Source of the DNA: Chiloscyllium plagiosum
Taxonomy: Eukaryota
Length of the DNA stretch: 64,000 nt
NCBI RefSeq assembly: GCF_004010195.1
Contig: NC_057718.1
Coordinates: forward strand, 41,944,444 to 42,008,443
Direction of reading: 5' to 3'
Below, in pieces: positions 36,440-47,080 of the stretch; the stretch's first letter is position 1, and the number at the start of each line of letters is the position of its first letter. The notes under the pieces are model-generated. The model worked only from the letters and a program-made list of their open reading frames with translations, did not search any database and was not told the DNA's origin. The translations under genes were made by a program, and so were the position numbers.

Positions 36440-38206
36440 GAACTTGTACTTGAAGGCAAAGAATGTGGGCAGATCTTAAATGAATATTTTGCTTCGGTAT
36501 TCACCCTGTAGAAGAATATGGAGGATGGTGAGATTTTGTGTGGTGCATACTATATATGCTAGAGTATTTTGACATCAAGAAAGAAGTGGTGTTGGGTCTC
36601 TTGAAGAGCACTAAGGTGGATAAGTCACCAGGGCCCGATGGTATCCACCCCAGGTTATTGAGAGAGGCAAGAGAGAAGATTGCTTGACCAAGACCTTTGT
36701 ATCCTTGTCTGTCACTGGACAAATCCCAGAGGACTAGTGAGTAGCTAATGTTGTTTCTCTGTTCAAGAAGAGAAATACGGATAATCCAGGAAACTGTAGA
36801 CTGGTGAGTCTCACATCAGTAGTAAGAAAGCTATTGGAGAGAATTCTTAGGGATAGGGATATGCTCATTTGGAAAAGCATGGCCTAATTAAAGACAAACA
36901 TCATGACTTTGTGTGGAGAGGTCATGGCTTACCAACTTGATTGAATTTTTCAAGGAGGTGACAAAGGTGATTGATGAGGTTGGAGAAGTGGATGTTGCCT
37001 AAATGGATTTTGTAAGGCTTTTGAAATGATCCCTCATGGTAGATTCATCCAGAAAATTAAGATGCATGGGGTCCATGGTGACTTGGCCATGTGAATTCAG
37101 AATTGGTTTGCCCATAGAAGGCAGAGGGTAGTGATGGAAGTGTTGTGGGGAAAATCAACAGTCTCAGAGTCTGAATCAGGATTCAATGACAGAGTTTATT
37201 GTGCAAAGAAACCGGAGCTCCGGGGAGAGAGAGAGAGAGAGATGTTCGTCAGCACGGGTGTCAGCTGTGAGCCCCTCTCACTCTCGGAGCACATGTCATG
37301 ATATCTTATACATTTGATGGTACAATAGCTCAAATATCAAGTCTTTGTTTGTACAGCATGGTCTGTTTACAGAAAACAAAATCATTGCCAGTTTCAGTGG
37401 CCGTGATTGTTCTTCCTGAGAAGGAAGATCATTTTCCATTACTGCAGATCTGAAGTATTAACACTTGTATACAAGCAGTATCAGATATTTAATGTTTCTA
37501 TTGGAGGTAGTGGCTGGACTCAGACACTTTGGCCGGCAATAGATGTAACTAATGTGTATTCACTCCTCCACCTGCCTTAAACTAATCATCTATGCTCTGT
37601 GTCTATTGTGTTGGTATCCTGTTAGCCTCAGGCAGTACCTGTGTATGCTTTGCTGTATTTTTCCATGTAATGGCTCAGCAGCCAGCTAAGTGGCCAATTT
37701 ATGGTTCTATGGCCATCTTGTGTCTGTGTACCCCATTTCAGCATGCCCCGTGTCATCTCCCACTTCAGAAGGGTGTCTTTCTGCTTGGAAATCCATGACT
37801 AGTGGTGTTCTGCAGTGGTCTGTACTTCGACCTCTGCTGTTTGTGATATGTATAAATGACTTGGGTGAAAATGTAGATGAGTGGGTTAGTAAGTTTGCGG
37901 GCAATACAAAGACCGGTGGAGTAGTGGATACTGTATAAGGGGCATGCATTTAAGATGAAAGGGGGAAAAGTACAAAGGAGATATGAGGGGCAAGTATTTT
38001 ACTCAGAGAGTGTGGAACACACTACCAGTGATGTTGGTGGAGGCAGATATCATCGGGACCTTTAGATAAACACATGAATATACAAGGAATGGAGGAATAT
38101 GGACCTAGGGCAAGCAGAAGGAATTAGTTTGATTTGGCATCATGTTTGGCAGATTGTGAGCTATAGGCCCATTCCTGTGCTGTAAATATCTATGTTTTAT
38201 GTTCTA
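36440..38206 (+). mobile_element. CR1 LINE, 5'-truncated and internally deleted, split by a solo LTR
   Basis: KSPGPDGIHPRLLRE, PLFKK and decayed NYRPVSL/HGF/DFSKAFD motifs, then SGVLQ..VL.PLLFV and the 3' tail (TTCTATGT-like). Confidence 0.9.
37141..37767 (-). mobile_element. Solo LTR of 627 bp (ERV- or Gypsy-type)
   Basis: TG...CA ends with imperfect inverted termini (TGTTGTGGGGAA / TCTCCCACTTCA); exact 4-bp TSD GAAG at 37137-37140 and 37768-37771; minus-strand TATAA (~37306-37310) and AATAAA (37195-37200); CR1 resumes on both sides. Confidence 0.88.
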
Positions 38207-39549
38207 TATTTGTTTTGGTCTACTGTTGACATTAAAAAGTGGGGAGCCAATTCACCTTTTGTCATCTGATTGTAACAATGCCTTAAAATTTAAAATACCT
38301 TGATTAGATCACACCTCAGCAATCTAAGCCCAAGGGAGTGCAGGCCTGTTTGAGACAAGCCGTCTTCACAATGTAACCCTTTAAGCCTGGAATCATTCAG
38401 GGTGTTGTTGTGCTTGTCCACTCCAAATTCAATGTATCTTTGTGCCCAAAATCGAATTCAATGCACCAGATAAGGTCTGACCATGACTCTGAACTGGGAG
38501 CCAATTCACTCTTTCTCACCCGAGAGCCTGACAATTTGTTATATCCCATTGCTACACCACCACTGTAACAGTGCTGAACAGAGAATGATTTGTGTCAATG
38601 GTGCTTATCTAGCATTAGTTTGTCAGGATTGACAGTTCTCTAATTGCTATTAGACATTTGGACTAAAGTATAGATTTCAACGAATCAATGTATGCAGTCA
38701 TTCATTATAAGTTAAAGTGCATGATACCAATTTTAAACAATTGAAGGACACACGAGGAATAATAGCACAGCACTCTATTTCAATAAACAATCCAATATGT
38801 TGAGTGTTCTTTTATCTGAAGAATCAGTCTTCCAGAGAAAGTAGGATAAATGTGATTATTACAACCAGTCACTGGGTGAGATTCCCTAAATTGTTAGAGT
38901 TCCAGACGGAATATCTTAAACAATTTAGCTCCCGGGTAAGGAGGGGTGAACTGGCTCCCCCTTGGCATTTACCCACCCCCTTGGTTTGTGGTAATATGGT
39001 TATTTTTAAAAGCATCACTTTCCTTGCTGATAGCTTTCTCCCAGCCCCAAATAAATATTTATGTTTCAAAAGGAGCAAATTGAATCAGGAGTTCCTGAAT
39101 TAACAATAAGAGTGAGTTTATGAATTACTAAATGTGAGAAGAATTAATAAAGTAACGCACAACCAAAGATTAGGAAAAAGGTGACTATAAAAAATACAAG
39201 TGTTTAAACAAAATACAGCTCAACCCCTGAAACGTTCATGATGTGCTAATAGTTGAATGCTACAGCTGTCATTGTGAATGTCACCGATAGCATTGACTTT
39301 GGTCATTGAATGGTTAACTTTGAGATTCTTGGCTTTATATGTTGACTGGACTCTTTTTTTATTTATTAGTGGGACATGAGCATTGCTGGCTGGCTAGCAT
39401 TTATTGCCTATCCCTAGCTGCCCTTGAGAAGGTAGTGGTGAGCTGTCTTCTCAAATTGCTGCTATCCACATGTTGTAGGTTGACTAAGAATGCCCTTAAG
39501 GAGGGAATTCCAGGATTATGACCCATTGACAATGAAGGGTAGTGATATA

Positions 39550-39744
39550 CAGGTAGTTCTTCTATAACGCGATGGTTGCATTCTTGTGCATTATTGAAAA
39601 ATTGCGCTTAAAGCGCCGATGTAATCACATTAAAGCCAATATATGTTTTAAAAGTTTACACTTTAGAAACGGTGATTCCCAATTTCTCAATTATGTAACA
39701 GTGAATTCGTGTTAACAAAACACTTGTTAAAGTAGGATGACCTG
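39550..39744. mobile_element. Second pogo/Tigger-type MITE family, nested in the LINE
   Basis: TA-CAGGTAGTTCTTCTATAAC...GTTAAAGTAGGATGACCTG-TA. Confidence 0.8.
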
Positions 39745-40154
39745 TAATCCAAATCAGGATGGTGACTGACTTGGAAAGGAACTTGGAAGTGATGGTGTTC
39801 CCATGTATCTAAGGAACTTTGGTGAATTTCTGTATTGTATCTTGTGGATACGTTATTGCTACTAAGCGTTGGTGGTGGGGGGAGTGTTTGCTTGTGAATG
39901 TGGTGCCAATCAAATGGACTGTTTTGTCCAGGATAGTGTTAAGCTTCATAAGTGCTGTTGGAGCTGCACCCATTCAGGCAACTGGGGAGAATTTCATTAC
40001 AACCCTCATTTTAGTTTAGTAGATGGTGGACAGGCTTTGGAGAGTCAGGAGGTGAGTTACTCACCACTGTATTCCTAACCTTTAAATGCTCTTTTCACCA
40101 TTGTCTTAATGTGGTGAGTCCAGTTGAGTTTCTGGTCAATGGTAACCCCAAAGA

Positions 40155-41447
40155 TGTGGGAAGCTAGAGAAGTGATTGCTGGGCCTCTTGCTGAGATATT
40201 TGTACCATTTATAGTCACGGGTGAGGTGCCGGAAGACTGGAGGTTGGCAAAAGTGGTGCCACTGTTTAAGAAAGATGGTAAAGACAAGCTTGGGAACTAT
40301 AGACCGGTGAGCCTGATGTTGGTGGTGGGCAAGTTGTTGGAGGGAATCCTGAGGGACAGGATGTGCATGTATTTGGAAAGGCAAGGACTGATTAGGGATA
40401 GTCAACATGGCTTTGTGCATGGGAAATCCTGTCTAACAAACTTGATTGAGTTTTTAGAAGAAGTGACAAAGAAGATTGATAAGGGCAGAGCAGTAGATGT
40501 GACCTATATGGACTTCAGTAAGGCGTTCGACAAGGTTCCCCATGGGAGACTGATTAGCAAGGTTAGATCTCATGGAATACAGGGAGAACTAGCCATTTGG
40601 ATACAGAACTGGCTCAAAGGTAGAAGACAGANNNNNNNNNNNNNNNNNNNNNNNNNNNNNNNNNNNNNNNNNNNNNNNNNNNNNNNNNNNNNNNNNNNNN
40701 NNNNNNNNNNNNNNNNNNNNNNNNNNNNNNNNNNNNNNNNNNNNNNNNNNNNNNNNNNNNNNNNNNNNNNNNNNNNNNNNNNNNNNNNNNNNNNNNNNNN
40801 NNNNNNNNNNNNNNNNNNNNNNNNNNNNNNNNNNNNNNNNNNNNNNNNNNNNNNNNNNNNNNNNNNNNNNNNNNNNNNNNNNNNNNNNNNNNNNNNNNNN
40901 NNNNNNNNNNNNNNNNNNNNNNNNNNNNNNNNNNNNNNNNNNNNNNNNNNNNNNNNNNNNNNNNNNNNNNNNNNNNNNNNNNNNNNNNNNNNNNNNNNNN
41001 NNNNNNNNNNNNNNNNNNNNNNNNNNNNNNNNNNNNNNNNNNNNNNNNNNNNNNNNNNNNNNNNNNNNNNNNNNNNNNNNNNNNNNNNNNNNNNNNNNNN
41101 NNNNNNNATGGATAGGATAAATAGACAAAGTCTTTTCCCTGGGGTCAGGGAGTCCAGAACTAGAGGCATAGGTTTAGGGTGAGAGGGGAAAGATATAAAA
41201 GAGACCTAAGAGGCAACTTTTTCATGCAGAGGGTGGTACGTGTATGGAATGAGCTGCCAGAGGATGTGTTGGAGGCTTGTACAATTGCAACATTTAAGAG
41301 GTATTTGGATGGGTATATGAATAGGAAGGGTTTGGAGGGACATGGGCCGGGTGCTGGCAGGTGAGACTAGATTGGGTTGGGCATGGACGGATTGGACCGA
41401 AGGGTCTGTTTCCATGCTGTACATCTCTATGACTCTATGTCTCTATG
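40155..41447 (+). mobile_element. Young CR1 (HER1-like) LINE nested in the LINE, spanning a gap
   Basis: ORF 'VPEDWRLAKVVPLFKK...NYRPVSL...SQHGF..GKSCLTNLIEF...YMDFSKAFDKVPH'; tail (CTCTATGA)n; ATGT at both junctions. Confidence 0.95.
40632..41107. other. Assembly gap (476 N)
   Basis: N run. Confidence 1.
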
Positions 41448-41615
41448 TTGATAGTCAAGGATTCAATGATGGTACAACCATTGAATGTCAAGGGGCGGTA
41501 GTTAAACAGTCTATCATTAGAAATGGTCATTATCTGTATTTGTGGTATAAATGTAATTTTCCACTTGTCAGCCCAAGCCTGGATATTGTCCAGATCCTGT
41601 TGCATTTGAACATGG

Positions 41616-42398
41616 TCAAGAGTGTGGTGCTGGAAAAGCACAGCTGGTCAGGCAGTATCCGAGGAGCAGGAGAATCGATGTTTTGGGCATAAGCCCTTTA
41701 TCAGGAATGAGGCTTGTGGTTTGGGGCTGAGAGGTAAATGGGAGTGGGTAGGGTTTGGGGTAGATAGCTCAGAATGCAATAGGTGGATGAAGGTGAGGAA
41801 GAAGGTGATAGGTCAGAGGGGGGAATGATGGACAGGTCCGGAGAGTGGTGCTGAGTTGGAGGCTTGGGACTGGGATAATGTGGGGGAAGGGAAATGAAGA
41901 ATCTGCTGAAATCCACATTTATCCTGCATGGTTGCAGGATCCCAAGGCGGAATACGAGGCGTTCCTCCTCCAGGCGTTGGGTGGGAATGGTTTGGTGGTG
42001 GAGGAGGCCCAGGACCTACATGTCCTTGACGGTGTGGGAGGGGGAGTTGAAGTGTTCAGCCACAGACAACCGCGCGGGACAAATGTGGATTTCAGCAGCT
42101 TCCTCATTTCCCCTCCTCCCACATTATCCCAGTCCCAAGCCTCCAACTCAGCACCACTCTCCGGACTTGTCCATCACTCACCCCTCTGACCTATCACCTT
42201 CTTCCTCATCTTCATCCACCTATCACCCCACCCCCTCCCATTTATCTCTCAGCCCCAACCCACAAGCCTCATTCCTGAAGAAGGGCTTATGCCCGAAATG
42301 TCGATTCTTCTGCTTCCCGGATGCTGCCTAACTTGCTGCGCTTTTCCAGCACGACACTCTCAACTCTGATCTCCAGCATCTGCATCCTCACTTTCTCC
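41616..42398. mobile_element. Head-to-head (inverted) pair of Penelope 3' ends
   Basis: ~41619-41933 is the reverse complement of ~42066-42360; TSD-like TGCATTTGAACATGG (41601-41615) and TGCATTTAAAAATGG (42399-42413). Confidence 0.9.
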
Positions 42399-44907
42399 TG
42401 CATTTAAAAATGGACTACTTCAGTATCTGAGGAGTTGTGAATGCTGTTGAATGTTGTGCAATCATCAGCGAACATCCTCACTTCTGAACTGAGGATGGAG
42501 GGAAGGTCATTGAGGAAGCAGCTAAAGATGGTTAGGCCTAGGACAATACCTTGAGGAATTCCTGTCAAAATGAGATGACTGACCTCCAACAACCGTGACC
42601 ATCTTCCAATGTGCCAGGTATGATTCCAATCAGCAGACTATCAGCAATCTTGTCAACCCCAGACCCATTTATTCCAGTTTTGCTAAAGCCCCTTGAGGTC
42701 ACACATGGTCAAATGCAGTTTTGATGTCAAGGGCTATCAGTTTCACCTCACCTCTGAAATTCAGCTCTGTCATTCATGTTTGAACTAAGGCTGTAATGAT
42801 GTCAGGAGCTGAGTGGCCCTGGCCGAAACCAAACTGGGTGTCACTGAGTAGGTTATTGCTGAGCAGGTGCTGCTTGATCGCACTGTTGATGACTCCTTCT
42901 ATCACTTTATTGATGACCAAGAGTAGACTGAGTGGTGGTAATTAGCCAGGTTAGATTTGTCCTGCTTTTTGTGTCCTGGACATGCTGGGCAATTTTCCAC
43001 ATTGTCGGGGGGAGATGCCGGTGTTGTAACTGTACTGGGAGAGCTTGGCTGGGGGATTGATAGAGTTCTGGAGCACAAGTCTTTACTACTATTGCCGGAA
43101 TCTTGTCAGCATCCATAGCCTTTGCAATATCCAGTGTCTCCAACCATTTCTTGATATCACATGGAGTGAATCAAATTGGCTGAAGACTGGCATCTGTAAT
43201 GTTGAGGTCCACTGGAAGAGGCATTTCTGGCTGAAGGTTCCTGTGAATGCTTCAGATTTATCTTTTCCAGAAATATCTTACACTCTTCCATCATTGAGGA
43301 TGGGGATATTTTTGGAGCTTCTTCATCCATTGAGCTGTTTATTTGGCCACCATAATTCATGACTGGATGTAGTGGGAATGCAGAGGTTGAATGTGATCCT
43401 TTGATTGTGCGATTACTTAGCTCTGTCTATCACTTGCTGGTTGTTTGGCATGTAAGTAGTCCTGCATGGTAGTTTCACCAGGTTAACACCTCATTTTTAG
43501 GAATGCTTGATGCTGCTCCTGGCATGCCCTCCTACACTCTCAATTAAACCACAGTTGATCCTTTGGTTTGGTGGTAAGGGTTGAGTAGGAGGTATGCCAG
43601 GTCACAATGTTACAGATTGTGCTGGAGTACAATCCTGCTGCTTTTGATGGTCCAAAGTACTTCACCAATGCCCAGTTTTGAGTTGCTAGGTCTGTTTGAA
43701 GTCTGTCCCATTTAGCCGGTGATGATGCCACACAACATGATGGAGGTTATTCACAATGTGAAGGTGGGACTTCGTCTCCGGGAGGACTGTGCAGTAGTAT
43801 GTTTTACCAATACTGTCATGGACAGATGCACCTGCAGCTGGCACATTGGTAAGGATGAAGTCACGTATGTTTTTCCTTCTTACTGGTTCCCTCACCACCT
43901 GCTGCAAACCCTGTCTTGTAGCCATGTCCTTTCCGACATGACCAGCTCGATCAGTAGTACTGCTGCCAAGCCAGTCTTTGTGGTGGACATTGAAATTCCT
44001 CATGCATAGTACATTTTCTGCCCTTGCAATCCTTAGTGTTTCCTCTAAGTGTAGGAGTACTGATTCACCAGCTGAGGGAGGAAATAAGTGGTAATTAGCA
44101 TGGGGATTCCTTGCCCTGTTTAACCTGAAGCCATGAGACTTCACAGAGTCTGGAGTCAATGTTGTGGACTCTGAGGACAACTCACTCCCAATTGTCTACC
44201 ATGGTTCTGCTGCCTCTGCTGGGTCTGTCCTGCTGGTGGGACAGGGATGGTGATGTTGGTGTCATTCTCTGTTAGGTATGATTCTCTGAATATGACTATA
44301 TCAGGCTATCGCTTGACTAGTCTGCGAGATAGTTCTCTCTTGTTCCTCATGGCCATGGCTAACTAGCAACACGGAGAGTGATAGAGAGAATATTTTAATT
44401 TTCCTTACTTGTGGGTCGGGCTGTTTTGATAGCTGTTTTTGAAGCGGTGCCCTTCACAGCACATTCATTCATACACTATGAAACCAGGCCACAAATACTC
44501 AAAATCAACAGTGGAAACTACTTTTAATTAATGTCCCTGTGTGCACTTGAAAGGAAGCTCTTTGAAAACTCATCAAGTACGATATTCTAGAGTCTCTCTC
44601 TCCACAGTGACTGAATTTAGATCTGTAGTCAACCTTCACTTATACATTTTGTCCCAAAAAGCACATTGTCATTTATGTTTGATCTGTCCACAAGTGATTC
44701 AGGATTATGATCTGTAGTCATGACAGTGATTTTCAAAATGAGAGACCATATGAAGACATATATTCATGTTTAGCTGGTTTGATCGCATTTGCAATTTATC
44801 ACTTCTGTTTTATTTACTGTTTTCAGCGACTGATGAACTTAAAAATAGCTGAAAATTTATTTTAATTCAAGCTGTGTGGGGAGCTAAGTTACCAATATCC
44901 CCCGAGA

Positions 44908-45043
44908 TAAAAACAATAAATTGCAGGCGCTGAAGACCTGAAATCGAACCAGAAAATGTTGGTGGAACTCACAGTTCTGGTAGCATTTACAGAGAAAGAA
45001 ACAGATTTAACATTTCAGGTCTAGTATGACTCTTCTTCATAAC
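44908..45043 (-). mobile_element. Short Penelope-like 3' end (second family) with decayed hammerhead-like motif
   Basis: Minus strand (A)UGAAGA-AGAGUC...GACCU-GAAAUGUU; body AAAACAATAAATTGCAGGCGCTG...GAAAATGTTGG. Confidence 0.6.
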
Positions 45044-46080
45044 AAGATCACATTTGAAGTAGAATTCCCTGACCTTGACTATTTATGTAACATCATTCAA
45101 GTTCTTGCAACAGTGCATCCAGGTCTTGAGAATAGATCCTAGCATTGGGAGATGTCGAACTGCACTTCTTTCATAAAGCTCCTCCGGAGAATCTCTTGCC
45201 TCCATGAATAGAGAATAGCACTCCTCTTGTAAAAGTCTAATGTACAGGAACTGCCAGCAAATTCTGGAGTATGCTTTCAATCCTATTGTATTACGATTCA
45301 GTGTTCTTTTTTCTCACATTCTCTATTGCAATCAGAACCAGCACCTATTCCAACTGGAATGCATTTTTCCCTTGAAATTTAGGATTTATTAGTATTGCAT
45401 AAACCTGGTCCCTCTACTGAGGTGTACACCATTCAGTGGACCAGTTCACTCAGGCCCATTACACACAGCTGTGATGCAGATCAGTGGGTGAGCACAAAGT
45501 TTGCTTGCTGCTTTGAAAGCAAAAGGTGTGGGTTCATTACACAGTGTAATGCCTACAGTCATTTTCCAGCCCTGTCCAATTTGAATATTGCGATAAAAGT
45601 CATGTTTTATCTATGCTTTTCATCTTTCACTCATAAGACTAGCTCACAAGAATGCAAATTTCAAGAGAAAATCAATATTTATATTGTATGCAAGGAGAAT
45701 ACTGATTACTTGGCAAATGGACTTTGATTTTTTTTAAAAATTTAAACCAAATTTGTTGACTTTAATTGATCAGGGTACTGCCCTGAGAAATGAGGCTGGA
45801 AATGCCTATTTCCTGAGAAATGCAATAATGAACACTTGTCACCTATTTTGTTGGATCCCCCCAGGTTGATATATTTCAAAAAGTAATTAAGTGAAACAAT
45901 TTAACTGAGAATTTGTAGACCATCTTCGTCCTGGGCTATACCATGTAGGAATTAGCGTTACTTTTGGTACACTATGCTGCAGAAAAAGCATGTAGCTAAT
46001 CAAGAATTGTTTATTGAGTATGGCTAGTCACTACAAGCATGCCTATAAGACCAACAAATGGTCATCTTGCATACAAGAGT

Positions 46081-46175
46081 CATTCCTGAAGGGCTTATGC
46101 CTGAAACATTGATTTTTCTGCTCCTCGGATGCTGCCTGATCTGCTGTGCTTTTCTTGCACCACATTCTCAACTCG
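46081..46175 (+). mobile_element. Mini Penelope 3' end starting at the hammerhead-like core
   Basis: ATTCCTGAAGGGCTTATGCCTGAAACATTGATT...GATGCTGCCTGATCTGCTGTGCTTTTC. Confidence 0.8.
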
Positions 46176-46539
46176 GTCTTTGAGTGGTTGATCTAGAGAT
46201 CAAGATCTCTTTACAACTTCAGTGGTTAATGGGTTGACTCCTCCCTGATAATTGATCACCCCTACCCTCTCTAGATTTTGATGTTTATCATATGAAGGAT
46301 ATCATTCATACCAATGCTCACATCCGCTTCAAGACATCAGATAATGTTGTCACTTATTATCTAATCTTTTTCTCTTCTGGGGTTGTTGCTGGGCAGTTGT
46401 AGTAGCATTCTTCCACGTCAAGCCAGTTTTTGCAAGGTTCACAAAATTTGAACCTTTGACAAGAACAAGGAACTTTACCCAAAGTTTTCTGAAATGTAAA
46501 CAGTGCCAGTCCTTACCTTATCAAGCCTTGAAAGCAAAG

Positions 46540-47080
46540 TTTCTTCAAGTACAATTTCAGGAGGGTGACCTTGTTTTTAAGCCAAAAACTGAAGAAGGCA
46601 TTTGTTTGTAAGAAGGAGTTAGATACAGTTCTTAGGACTAAAGGTATAAAAGGGAACTGGGAGAAAGGTTGAACAGCTTTCTGAGTTGATGGTCAGTGGG
46701 TTGGCACAGTGGCTCAGTGGTTTGCACTGCTGCCTCACAGCACCAGGGTCCCAGGTTCAGTTCCAGTCTTGGGCGACTGTCTATGTGGAGTTTGCACATT
46801 CTCTCTGTGACTGCGTGAGTTTCCTCTGAGTATTCTGGTTTCCTCCCACTGTCCAAAGATGTGCAGGTCAGGTGAATTGACCGTGCTAAATTGCCCCTAG
46901 TGTTAGGTGATTAGAAGGGAAATGGGTCTGACTGGGTTACTCTTCGGAGGGTTGGTGTGGACTGGTTGGGACAAAGTTTCCACACTGAAGGGAATCTAAT
47001 CTATGCTCGTATTGAATGGCGGAGCAAGCTTGAAGGGCTGAATGGCCTATTCCTGCTCCTGGTTTCTCTGTTCCTATGAT
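46540..47080 (+). mobile_element. CR1 3' fragment split by an HE1 SINE
   Basis: AAGGAGTTAGATACAGTTCTTAGGACTAAAGG...[SINE]...TTGAATGGCGGAGCAAGCTTGAAGGGCTGAATGGCCTATTCCTGCTCCT. Confidence 0.75.
46698..47003 (+). mobile_element. HE1-type SINE
   Basis: A box TGGCTCAGTGG, B box GGTTCAGTTCC, conserved body, AATCTAATCTA tail. Confidence 0.92.

Larger units (their letters stand above)
39353..44340 (-). mobile_element. L2/CR1-group (Crack/L2-like) LINE, near full ORF2, decayed, with three nested insertions
   Basis: APE motifs 'PDIVIF.ES', 'NFNVHHKDWL' and 'DFILTN'; RT motifs 'KTCAPEL', 'GIPQGIVLG..F..FLNDLP...MFADDCT' and 'QQDLDNIQAWADKW'; A-rich 3' tail at 39353. Confidence 0.88.

Noticed and set aside
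38242..38509. 14-bp direct repeat GGGAGCCAATTCAC as a CRISPR-like or TSD unit
   Set aside because: Only two copies and no coherent single element between them.
38920..39230. Possible LTR remnant
   Set aside because: No clear TG...CA ends or TSD could be located.
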